DNA from: Trypanosoma brucei
Taxonomy: Eukaryota
DNA length: 64,000 nucleotides
Assembly: GCA_000002445.1 (NCBI GenBank)
Contig: CM000208.1
Coordinates: 800,001 to 864,000 of the forward strand
Reading direction: 5' to 3'
Positions within the stretch are counted from its first letter, which is position 1, and every line of letters begins with the position of its first letter. The notes under the pieces are model-generated. The model had not been told where the DNA came from, ran no database searches, and was given only the letters and a program-made list of their open reading frames with translations. A program made the translations under genes and the position numbers. Positions 54,850 to 64,000 of this stretch are shown piece after piece.

Positions 54850-56520
54850 ATGCGAGGGTGTGCAAAAGGCATCGGTGCTATATTTGCTGCTGATGCCTCG
54901 AATCATGTAAGGGGGAAATCCGTGAACGCGGATGAGAGCTGCTTTGGTGTTTTTCAAAATATGCATATCAACCCTTTTCCCGTTCGCGCCGCTATTGACA
55001 TTGGTACTGGTGGAATGATTACCATGGTGGTTGCTCGCGTTGACGCCGCAGCCAACGCCGTGCGCAATTTCATGTATCAGACGCAGCTACCGTTACACCT
55101 GGAATCTGTAGCCGCAGGGTTGGGCGACTCATCATCGTTCGTTCTTTCCGAAGCAACTCGAGCGGACATACGCAATAAAATGCGTGTGTTTCACGGTGCA
55201 CTCCGTCGTGATAATTATGATGGTCTTAGCGAACGTGCCGCTGTTATGTCGTGGCCGCTGTGCGAAGCCGCTGATGCACTGGCGTTAGCTGAGGACCTAA
55301 CGCGTGAGTTTAAGGTGGATGTGCGTGTTCTGGGGAAAACGTTTAATGTAAGTATGCCGTTCTGTGGTTCAGTTGGGTTATCAGCTAATGCGAGCCAGGA
55401 ATCAATGGAGGTTGACGTGCGGCGGGGTAGGCGCTGTTCTAATGCCTGCACCACTGCTGTTACTGGCGGCAGTGAAAGCGGTTCTGTTCAGTCTTTCTTG
55501 CATCATACTAATCGTCGTCGGAAGGAAAGGCAAGCGAAATTAGATTCACAGCGAGAGGTGCGTACTGTTACTGATGGTGATCGTGTGCCCAATGTACCGG
55601 CAGCTCAGCAGATGGAGCAGTTGGCCTTCCTTGCGCACGCCGCTGTGAGCAAGTGTGTTGCTCCGCAACGCTTGCTCATTCTTGCGGAGGATTGTCATAA
55701 AGGAATATGTGTGCTAGGCGCAGATACAGCTGAACCCGAAGAAGTAACCGACGACGAGACGGCGGCTAACACTAAAGGTATCAACAATAATAGCAAGGAT
55801 GCCGTTACGCACCAAGGAGTTGGGTCACCCACTGGATTACTTGTACATGCGTTGCCGGTCGATTTAGCGATGGCACACCGACTATTGGTTACGACGGTGC
55901 AACGTCGGTCGCAAACTACGGATGAAGGCGCCAACCAACGAAGCCCCAACCCTGTTCTTCGTGAGGAGTTTAGGAGGTTGCGCTGTCTGTTGGAGGAGGC
56001 AATGCACCACACATTGCCTCAGTGGGTTCTTGATAAGTCAAACACTGGTGGGGTCATATGTGGGTCAAGTTTTAACGGTGGCGTGCTAAACGTCGCTGCA
56101 CGAATAGCCCAGCGGTCTAGTGTCTCATTGGATCACCTCGAGACGCATGCGGAGATGCACTATTGTGGTTTAACGGATGTTCTGATGTCAGTCAACTATC
56201 CTAACGCGGCGACGGTAATACCCTGTGCTGCGCTGGCCAGTGCATTGTTACGGTCATTAGATGCACAGCGGTTTGAATATCTACCCGAGGTTCATATTCC
56301 TGCTGCTCTCCTCCTTCAGCCCTCACTGTGGACGTACACAAGGCGTGATCAGGTACGGAAGGCATTGAAGCAAAAACCATTTTACGCGGCCGGGAGCCTG
56401 CGGCGCACATTTCAGCGTCCCCACGCACGTGAAAATCCAACAGCTGCTCCAACGGCTTCGTGGCAGAAGAACAAGGAGTGGAATGCACTCTCATACGACA
56501 ATAGCACGAAAGGTACTTGA
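54850..56520 (+). CDS. Ppx/GppA-family (actin-like ATPase fold) protein, putative exopolyphosphatase-related
   Basis: ATG at 54850. An alternative in-frame ATG at 54961 sits just before the conserved core. 'RAAIDIGTGGMITMVVARVD...LHLESVAAGLGDSSSFVLSEATRADIRNKMRVFHGAL' parallels E. coli PPX 'FAAVDLGSNSFHMVIARVV...[32 protein letters not shown]'. Confidence 0.6.
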   Translation: MRGCAKGIGAIFAADASNHVRGKSVNADESCFGVFQNMHINPFPVRAAIDIGTGGMITMVVARVDAAANAVRNFMYQTQLPLHLESVAAGLGDSSSFVLSEATRADIRNKMRVFHGALRRDNYDGLSERAAVMSWPLCEAADALALAEDLTREFKVDVRVLGKTFNVSMPFCGSVGLSANASQESMEVDVRRGRRCSNACTTAVTGGSESGSVQSFLHHTNRRRKERQAKLDSQREVRTVTDGDRVPNVPAAQQMEQLAFLAHAAVSKCVAPQRLLILAEDCHKGICVLGADTAEPEEVTDDETAANTKGINNNSKDAVTHQGVGSPTGLLVHALPVDLAMAHRLLVTTVQRRSQTTDEGANQRSPNPVLREEFRRLRCLLEEAMHHTLPQWVLDKSNTGGVICGSSFNGGVLNVAARIAQRSSVSLDHLETHAEMHYCGLTDVLMSVNYPNAATVIPCAALASALLRSLDAQRFEYLPEVHIPAALLLQPSLWTYTRRDQVRKALKQKPFYAAGSLRRTFQRPHARENPTAAPTASWQKNKEWNALSYDNSTKGT

Positions 56521-56870
56521 ATGTCGAAGTAGAAGGGGAAATGGGAGTAATGGTAGCGCTATCCTCCACTCCCCTGCCTCGTTCGCGCTCACTTCATATC
56601 CAATTCGCACATTGTGTGCGGTTGTATCATACCATTCCCCCCGTATTAAAGTTTCAGCGATACGTCATTGGAGTTTCGGTTCTGCAGACACTGATAACGC
56701 CAGCTCTCTTAGTACCCTTTCTCCCTTCTAATATATGGTGTTCATGCCACTTACTGGCGTTCCCGCCTCTTTTATGCTGCATTAAAAAAAGAAAACTATT
56801 CGTTACCTCCATCTCAATGCACGTTGGTGCGTGTGTGAAAAATCGTTTGTGTTCAGGTTAAGTTGTGTGT

Positions 56871-57920
56871 ATGCTTCTTATAGTGTTCGTAGTCGGATTT
56901 CTGCTCCTTCTTACTGCGTTCGTTGCACTGCAACTGCGGAGGAGTCAACAGTTCCCGACATTTAGCGATGCAACCCCATCTCGAGTTGCGGCGAGGCGTT
57001 CAGAAACGCGACGGAGTCAATACAATGACGGAGATTATTGGAGTAATGAAAGTTCTGATGAGGGTAGCGACGACGATGATAATGATGACTGTGAAGTAGG
57101 CCACAAACGTGAAGAGAGGCGTAAGCTGCGCGGTGGAACCAGTGGCAGCGCCGGACCATTGCGGCACCGCCGCACGAGGCGCGGTGCAGGGAATGCTGCT
57201 GAGGCAGACGGGGACGGTGAGGAAGATAAAAATGGTTCTCAGACGAAATTATCTCGATTACAAAGAAAGAAACAAGAAAAAGAGAGAGAACGACAGGAGC
57301 GGCAGCAGGCGCAGGAAGCACTGCTAGAGAATCGGCGAGTGAAGCAGGAGGAGGAGCAGCGGCAACAGAAAGACCGCGAGCGTGAAGAGAGGGAGCGAGA
57401 GATTGCCGAAGAAGCAGCACTGCAGGAGTTGCGCGAGGAAAAAAAGCGTCAAGAAGATGAGGAGTATGCAAAGTGGGTTGAAGGCATTGGGGTGGTAGAG
57501 CGCGGTGAAATTGGAGACGAGGAGCGAAAGAAGCATGACAATCTTGTCAAGTACTTAATCACCATGGCGGGTAACGGCGGTGAGCGCCAACAGCAGCGGG
57601 TGATTGATGCAGAAAACTTTGGTGAGGGTGAGAAGGTCGGTGACGAGACAATAACAAGGGGTACCGAGTCAAGCAGCCGTGGAAATATACTGATTCTCAA
57701 CGACGTCGCACGAACGCATGGGTTGTCAGTGGAAGTCACTGTTCAGGTGATAGAAAAGCTTTTGGAGGACGGTGTTATCAGCGGTGTTTTTGATGACCGT
57801 GGAAAGTTTGTTATGCTTTCCGAGGAGCACTATAAGCAAATCGCAGAGTTTGTTAAACTCCGCGGCCGCGTTTCGATGAAGGAGCTTGCACGAGAGTGTA
57901 ACAGGATAATCATGTTGTGA
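56871..57920 (+). CDS. DDRGK1: DDRGK domain-containing protein 1 (DDRGK1/UFBP1) homologue, UFMylation pathway
   Basis: Track start 56865 is GTG and the ATG is at 56871. The N-terminal TM 'LLIVFVVGFLLLLTAFVALQL' is followed by a long E/R/K/Q-rich charged region. The C-terminus carries the eponymous 'GVFDDRGKFVMLSEEHYKQIAEFVKLRGRVSMKELARECN' (DDRGK motif plus winged-helix/PCI-like region). Confidence 0.8.
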   Translation: MLLIVFVVGFLLLLTAFVALQLRRSQQFPTFSDATPSRVAARRSETRRSQYNDGDYWSNESSDEGSDDDDNDDCEVGHKREERRKLRGGTSGSAGPLRHRRTRRGAGNAAEADGDGEEDKNGSQTKLSRLQRKKQEKERERQERQQAQEALLENRRVKQEEEQRQQKDREREEREREIAEEAALQELREEKKRQEDEEYAKWVEGIGVVERGEIGDEERKKHDNLVKYLITMAGNGGERQQQRVIDAENFGEGEKVGDETITRGTESSSRGNILILNDVARTHGLSVEVTVQVIEKLLEDGVISGVFDDRGKFVMLSEEHYKQIAEFVKLRGRVSMKELARECNRIIML

Positions 57921-58528
57921 CGAGAACCCCAGTCGTTGTTGACGGTCCTTCTGTTGTGCCATGATTTGGTTATTTGTACGCGACGTCTTGCCAAACCTCC
58001 TTATCTGGAAGCAGAATCCATAAACACTGAGAGGGAAAGCGGCGGGTCCGTTACTCGCCTTGTTGTTGTTCCCCAATGGCTGAATCTCTGCGGGGAAATG
58101 CACATGTTTGTGTTTGTAACCCTCTTGAGTTCACGGGTAAGTGATTGGTGGCGTTCGAAGTTTTGCCTTGAATTTTTCCCATGTGGTGCCCACAAATCCT
58201 AACCCTTCACCTTTCTTGCTCTGACATTTGTGTAAAGGAAAGTAAGCGTATACTCAGTCACTCCTCGCGTAAGATCACAAGTGGTCAAAAAATAAAAAGA
58301 ATACATATATTTGCACGTATCGTTGTCCTATTTGTGCTGAGCGTATTTGTAGAAGCGTACTGCGTAAACTGGAAACCGTGAGGAAATACTCGTTTAGGAG
58401 ACTGCTCTGCCAGAGGGGAGGGGGAAGAGTGAAGAGTGCTGACCGAGTGTTATCATCATCATTGTGTCAGCTTGTAAGGATACATTTAATTTTTTTTATT
58501 ATTGGAGCACCGTTAGCGTTACGACCAA

Positions 58529-61204
58529 ATGTCCTCACAGGACAGTGAAAGCTGGGGGAATTCGAGACAACATTATCAGTATTCGGATGCTTCCGAGGAG
58601 CATAGGCCAGAGGCGACAAAATTAAAATCTGAATGTTTTCAAAACGCTGGTCGCACCTCTCCAAATCGTCGCCGTGACTCCCCAGCGATACAGCAGGAAA
58701 GTAGTGACTTTGCGACAACATCAGATTCGCCTGTGCCTTGCCACTACAGCCAACGAGGGCCTGCAAGTCAAAACGCACAGCAGAAGGGGAAGGATAGAGG
58801 TGATGTTTTTTGCTCGACGGTTACGTCTTCAGACCTGTTTCCCACTGTTGAACTCGGCCCACGGATGCTTCCGACTAACTCCACGTCAATGAAAGGAGGA
58901 CGTTACGCCGCAGGCGACAGGTTACCCCAGACGCAGGAAACAGATAAAACTGACAAACCTGTACGTAACAGGTCTGAGCGCTCCGAAGGAACACCTCTTC
59001 CCAACTGTGGAACCGCACTTCGCGATGGTTCAAGACATTCTCATTCGCCAGCGAGTTCCTGCAGAGGGAACGACAGCTTAGTAACAAACGGGACTGCTAG
59101 CCAGAGAGAAACAAATGAAGAATCGTGCGATGTGTGTGGCAGCTGCTCAACACACTACGTGAGCGTTAGTCTGGGGTTGAGTGAGTGGGAGACGCTTTCT
59201 CCAAATCAAATAAAACTGCGGCAGTGTTTTGATGCGCCTATTGATTCGATCGCTGTGCCCTCTAGCGAAACGCACCGTTCATTAGCACATGAACAGCAGC
59301 GACAGCTACTGGAAACGATTATGCAAAAGCATTCAAGGAAACGGATCAAGAGGGTGACGGATTATATCCTTGGGCCCATCTGTGGTGAGGGTACATTAAG
59401 CACTGTTCGAGACGCGATTAACATATCATCAAACAATGTTGATCCGTTTCGGTTTCAACGTGTAGCCATCAAGTGCTATAAACAATCCGATTCTAAACTT
59501 AGCGAAGGGGCAGGCAGCTCTGATTGTTCACAACTGTCTTCACTGGCGTCTGCAACGAGGCGTCAGCAGGACGAGCTGCAGCGTTTGCGTGAGGCTGAGA
59601 AACGAAATTTGCAGTGCTTCTACTCCACAAATATTGTCCGCAGTATTGACGTCTTCTCGCATGAGGGGAAGCAGTACATCGTGCTACCTGCGGCTATTTG
59701 TAACTTGGAACAACTGGTGCAACTCGCCAAATGCCAGAACCGTTGTGCTTCTTGTGATTCAGTGAGAGGCAAACGAAATATGATTCCATCTTCAAAGGAT
59801 GGAGTTGATGGCAGATTTGAATTGATGCCCTCTCTGGGGAAACCAGCAGGAAAGTTGCCCCAAAATGATGTCAGCCTCTGCACAGGCGCTGCGAGTTTGC
59901 AAAAAATGTCCCCATATAGGAAAGTTACCTCACTTTTTGCGGCGGAGGTGGTGAGGAGCATTATGAACCAACTGCTTCGCGGAGTTGCATATTTACACCG
60001 TCAGGGCGTAGCTCACAATGACCTGAAACCGCAAAACATACTTCTGTTTGCCGATGGCTTGGTAAAGATAGGCGATTTGGCGAGCGTGTCTGTGAACTAC
60101 ACTGGTCATGGAACTCCAATGTACTTGTCTCCAGAGATCTGTAGATATTTTTATGATGCGGGGAATGAGACGAACGGTAGGGTTGCAGTGGTGGATGCCC
60201 TCAAGAACGACATGTGGGGGTGCGGCGCCATCCTTTACTATCTGTTGACGGGGAACACCCTGTGGGAGGACGGAGCGAACTGCCAGAACGTATATCAATT
60301 ATATCGTATAATTGCGGAGCGGAACACGCCTGTTAGCCTTTCTCATATTAATATACCTGCGGAAACCGAGGATGAACTGATATCCCGTCTTACAGAGTCA
60401 GAGAATATTTCTTTTAGGGCCACGGGTGGGTTGCGTCGCCCAACCGCTTTTCCACACACATCTCTTTTACACTTGGCGGCGGGTTTGTTGGACGTCAATC
60501 CCGCTACGCGATTAACTGCTGAGGAGGCTGTTCGACACCCATCGCTGCAAGCCCCTCCGGTAGATGATGTGCATGATGCCTTTCCAACTGATATGACACA
60601 AGGGGATGTGATGAAGGTGATGTTGGAGTCGCCGTATTACCAGCAGCTCATTAAGTGGGATCGGGAACGACATTTACAGTTTGCAGCGGAATGTTCCCAT
60701 GTTTTGGGTTTGCAGATACCAGAGGAGATATGCGTTTCAGCTCAAAAGCGTGCGGCCGATGGTTGTGGCATGGAGGCGGATGTGACGGACCCGCTGCTGA
60801 GATTACCAAGTTCAATTTACCGTTTAGTGGGGACTGTAAACCCTTCACTTTTCCTCCCCACGGATGAGTTTCATCACTACTTGAGGAAGTTGAAGGTGCC
60901 AAACTATGATGTATCGTCTCTAAGGGCAAATCCCTCTGCTGTGAAGATGATGGAGGATTATCTTCATACCGTGATGATGGAGTGCGGCTACACCGGAAGC
61001 GTCAATACACGGGAGCGGAGCGGGTCGAAAGAAGACCAAAACGGCATAAAGCTTTCGACAAGTCAGCTGACAACACGCTCCAGGGAGGACACGTCGCATG
61101 GTTTGGCCACTTTTAAAGACGATGATCAACCAGAAACTTTGGATCGTGTCTTAACTGACATGCCAAGTGACGGTCGCCCTAACTTCTGCTGCATTATCAT
61201 GTGA
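58529..61204 (+). CDS. Divergent serine/threonine protein kinase (NEK-like features) with a long S-rich N-terminal extension and non-canonical HND / DLA motifs
   Basis: True ATG. The kinase core is present: 'GPICGEGTLSTV' (Gly loop), 'VAIKCYK', 'VAHNDLKPQNILL' (HRD replaced by HND), 'VKIGDLASVS' (DFG replaced by DLA) and 'GTPMYLSPEI' (NEK-like APE region), then 'DMWGCGAILYYLLTG'. Low-complexity inserts occur between subdomains. Confidence 0.75.
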   Translation: MSSQDSESWGNSRQHYQYSDASEEHRPEATKLKSECFQNAGRTSPNRRRDSPAIQQESSDFATTSDSPVPCHYSQRGPASQNAQQKGKDRGDVFCSTVTSSDLFPTVELGPRMLPTNSTSMKGGRYAAGDRLPQTQETDKTDKPVRNRSERSEGTPLPNCGTALRDGSRHSHSPASSCRGNDSLVTNGTASQRETNEESCDVCGSCSTHYVSVSLGLSEWETLSPNQIKLRQCFDAPIDSIAVPSSETHRSLAHEQQRQLLETIMQKHSRKRIKRVTDYILGPICGEGTLSTVRDAINISSNNVDPFRFQRVAIKCYKQSDSKLSEGAGSSDCSQLSSLASATRRQQDELQRLREAEKRNLQCFYSTNIVRSIDVFSHEGKQYIVLPAAICNLEQLVQLAKCQNRCASCDSVRGKRNMIPSSKDGVDGRFELMPSLGKPAGKLPQNDVSLCTGAASLQKMSPYRKVTSLFAAEVVRSIMNQLLRGVAYLHRQGVAHNDLKPQNILLFADGLVKIGDLASVSVNYTGHGTPMYLSPEICRYFYDAGNETNGRVAVVDALKNDMWGCGAILYYLLTGNTLWEDGANCQNVYQLYRIIAERNTPVSLSHINIPAETEDELISRLTESENISFRATGGLRRPTAFPHTSLLHLAAGLLDVNPATRLTAEEAVRHPSLQAPPVDDVHDAFPTDMTQGDVMKVMLESPYYQQLIKWDRERHLQFAAECSHVLGLQIPEEICVSAQKRAADGCGMEADVTDPLLRLPSSIYRLVGTVNPSLFLPTDEFHHYLRKLKVPNYDVSSLRANPSAVKMMEDYLHTVMMECGYTGSVNTRERSGSKEDQNGIKLSTSQLTTRSREDTSHGLATFKDDDQPETLDRVLTDMPSDGRPNFCCIIM

Positions 61205-61305
61205 GGTGGTTGATAGGTAGTTCAACTCATTGAATAACATGCAGAAAGACAAACTTCCTTTTTCGTTTGTTTTATCTATTATTTTACTTTCTCAAATATT
61301 ATGAT

Positions 61306-61332
<27 letters not shown>
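61306..61332. repeat. (TA)n microsatellite
   Basis: 'atatatatatatatatatatatatat' downstream of the kinase stop. Confidence 0.9.
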
Positions 61333-61336
<4 letters not shown>

Positions 61337-64000
61337 TTGTGTCTACGAGGTTCTGTTTTCTTAGCATCCCCTTCTCATCTTTGTGTTTGATTTAGCAGTT
61401 TTATGCTGGTGGTGCAGTTTTGGTACGTCTTTTTCTTCCATCTGTTATGTGAGCCATGTGAGAGTGAAAGGGATCGGAATTTATTTTGCAGGAATTGTTG
61501 CAGATACGAAGCGGCTAAACGTTGATACGTTACGGTGTGTTGGTTGTAAAATGAGGGGTAGCTGCTGATCTTCACTTGTGCATGCTTCGTTGCTTGCGCC
61601 CTTTTTTTTCTTTTTTCCCACAAATACTTTATGTTTCCTACTTTTAGTGGGTGCATCGCCACCGAGGTGCATTTTGCAAAGAGAAAAAGAAAAGACTGTA
61701 AAGTGGCTGTGCCTCACTTTTAAGTGGGAGCAAAATGGTTTGTTGTTAGTTAATGTACATGCTGAGGGAACTGTGTAGATGAGGGGGGAAATAGTCACAT
61801 GAGTAGGTTGTAATAACGGAACTAAGTTTTTGTAAACTCTTGTGGCGTTAGGGTAGAAAGAGAGGGGGAAATAAAGAATTACTTAAAATAATACAACTTT
61901 AGAGCACCATATACCAAGAATCCACAACTAGGGAAGATGCTTATTTAGTTTCCTTTTTTTTTAAATTTGCGCATGTGTTTGCTCTATTGATTTGAAGGAA
62001 GAAGTGAGGAAATGTATGCTAATAAATTTGTTACCTATGAATGTATGGAGGAGGGGTGTGGGGAGAGAAAATGCGTAAGTATTGTTCGCTCGTGGTATCG
62101 AGTACAGCACCGTGGTAGGCATCCTTCTATCGTGTTTATACTCGTAAAACTTATTTACTTTTTTGTTTATATATTTTGCTTATTGTTTTTTTTTAAAATA
62201 TTCTTCCTACTTCATCTCCGATATGTCATAACAATGAATCAGTGGAGGTAGGACTACCATATGCGCATACTCATGCAACCGTAGTACATATATGTAATTA
62301 TAAGTATGATATAATACTATTAACTATTTCACGCATAACTCGTGCAGTTGGTCACAATAATCTTCCAGACCATTTTTTTATTTTTCTTTTCAAATAGCCT
62401 TACCACTCGCGACATCCACTGAGACATCGAGCCAACTATTATTGTTATTATTTTTATCATAAACGTTACTATATTTATTCATCTACTTGGTTTGATTTCT
62501 TTCAGTTTTGATTCATTATGTTTATTGCTTTGGTGGATAGGTAGCATTTGCCTTACCTCCTTGCATATATGTTTAATGAAAAGAAAAAATAAAAGAAAAA
62601 AAAGCAACTGGAAGCTCCACCATTCAAATATCTCTTCCATCTTTTCTTTTCTGATGGTAATTTTATATTTAAAAAAAATGTGTTTTCTCCCTCCCTCCCC
62701 CTTTCCCTTTTTCTAGCAATCGATGTTTCTTCTCTTCTCTTTTCTTTTTTTTGTTTTTACCCGTCTCTGATTTTTTTTTTTTGAGGGAAAAATTTAGGGT
62801 GTCGGTATATTTACTCCCCTCTTCTCTCCCTTCCTTTCCTTTCCTTTCTTTCATTCTTTTGTTTTACAGGTGATCAACATAAAAAAATAGGACGATTTAG
62901 AAGTTTTAATGAGTCTGTGTCCAATATTTTTATTGGAGATTTGCTGAAGTGGAAATACCAAATCACCCTTGTGAATGAGAGAAAAATGGCAAAATCAAAT
63001 ACAAAAAAGAAGAAAAAGCCAAAATCAAATACAACAAGGAATTAAATTTATTTGTTTATTTAAAGACTATATGGCTTCTGGTCCATGTGTCAGTTAAGGC
63101 GTGTGAGGAAATATTAAATTGTGATGTATGATATCACATTATGGTGCGTGCGAACTGGACCATGTTATGCTCATTTTCTTTTATTTTTAATGAGGGGAGA
63201 TCATTTAATACTCCATTAATTTTCCTCAGTGATGTAATTTGCGTGGGCAGCTCTGCTTTATGTCGTGTTTATCATGGAAGCGTGTGTTTGTGTGTGGGAC
63301 ACAACGACAAAATATGATCCGTGTGGTTAAATACTGATACAAATGTATGCACATATGTAATATCGTTACTTAAAGTTGTGATAATTTAGTTGGAGTTTAG
63401 TAGAGATTTATTTCTTTCGTTTTCTCCCCCTTCATCTGGTGTGTTCCTGTTGTTGTTTCCCTATTTTTTTTTGTGTGGTAGCAGGCATATTCCAGCCCTT
63501 TTATTCTTTATTTTTATGTCGGAGAACCGCTTACTGGTGTCTGTTTTTTTTTAATTTTTAAATTTCGCACACACTATTGTTATCTAAGTTAATTCTTACC
63601 TCCTTGCTCTCTTTATTAATTTAATTTTTTTTTTGTGTCGAAAAGCGGTGAAACCGTCTGGAGTCATAAAGATGCATCTGCAAGCCCGGAAGTATTCCCT
63701 TTCTTCTCCGTATGTTTCTTGTTGTTCGTTTTTCTGCTGCTGCTGTTGCTTACTGGAAAGAGGGAAAAGAAAATTTAAAAAAATTACTCTTAACCTACTT
63801 TGGGGAAATAAGCAAACTAACTATACAGAGAAAGCGAAGAAGAAGAAATACAAAGAGGGAAAAAGAAAAGGGGGGGAAAAAAAAGAGGTGACAAGTGCGT
63901 CAAAAAGGGATGTGCCAAACTTTAACTACGGACGGTCTGTCAGGTGAGGTGAGGCCCGCTTTCACTGAAGAGGAACAAAATCCCAACAGATGCAGCGATG

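Noticed and set aside
1369-56870. ORF-track start coordinates 1369, 6480, 9427, 12257, 14530, 21241, 25642, 36665, 46946 and 56865
   Set aside because: Reading the nucleotides shows these begin with GTG or TTG, because the ORF caller allows alternative starts. The kinetoplastid nuclear genes initiate at ATG. The N-terminal extensions translate poly-pyrimidine UTR sequence into F/L/S-rich peptides. I trimmed them to the first in-frame ATG downstream of the poly-Y/AG.
1-64000. CRISPR arrays, restriction-modification or toxin-antitoxin modules, prophage or other prokaryotic 'systems'
   Set aside because: The sequence is eukaryotic (kinetoplastid). There are no direct-repeat/spacer arrays, no Shine-Dalgarno-driven operons and no phage genes. 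The only repeats are simple microsatellites.

Overview
This window reads as a trypanosomatid nuclear chromosome segment, most likely Trypanosoma brucei or a close relative, and not a prokaryotic locus. Every credible coding region, about 26 of them, lies on the + strand and has no introns. The genes are separated by pyrimidine-rich tracts that end in AG, which is the trans-splicing and polyadenylation architecture of kinetoplastids. Intergenic regions carry (TA)n, (GT)n and (CA)n microsatellites. The whole window is therefore the interior of one unidirectional polycistronic transcription unit. I saw no strand-switch region, tRNA, rRNA, snoRNA cluster, CRISPR array or intact mobile element.

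Genes I can recognise directly from the protein sequence:
- a TRM5/TYW2-family methyltransferase
- a GPAT/DHAPAT-type acyltransferase
- DNA primase large subunit, with its four Fe-S cysteines
- COX11
- an Naa50-like N-acetyltransferase
- an ABC-F ATPase
- U2AF35
- delta-1-pyrroline-5-carboxylate dehydrogenase
- a CMGC/MAPK-like kinase
- a long-chain acyl-CoA synthetase
- ribosomal protein L38
- a Rubicon-homology (DUF4206) cysteine-rich protein
- a Ppx/GppA-family protein
- a DDRGK1 (UFMylation) homologue
- a divergent protein kinase
- a leucine-rich-repeat protein
- several coiled-coil and hypothetical proteins

Many ORF-track starts are TTG or GTG, so I trimmed those to the first in-frame ATG downstream of a poly-pyrimidine/AG signal.

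The most interesting items are these:
- the Rubicon-homology protein
- the DDRGK1 homologue
- two kinases with non-canonical catalytic motifs (HRDLSPRN, and HND plus DLA)
- an acyl-CoA synthetase with an N-terminal MGGC dual-acylation signal
- a candidate ESCO/Eco1-type zinc finger
- long microsatellite-rich gene-poor stretches, at 2.3-5.2 kb, 32.3-36.7 kb and 42.7-45.4 kb

I see no evidence of a novel defence or biosynthetic 'system' in the prokaryotic sense. The order U2AF35, P5CDH, kinase, LACS, RPL38 matches my memory of a T. brucei chromosome 10 segment, but I cannot verify that without a database.
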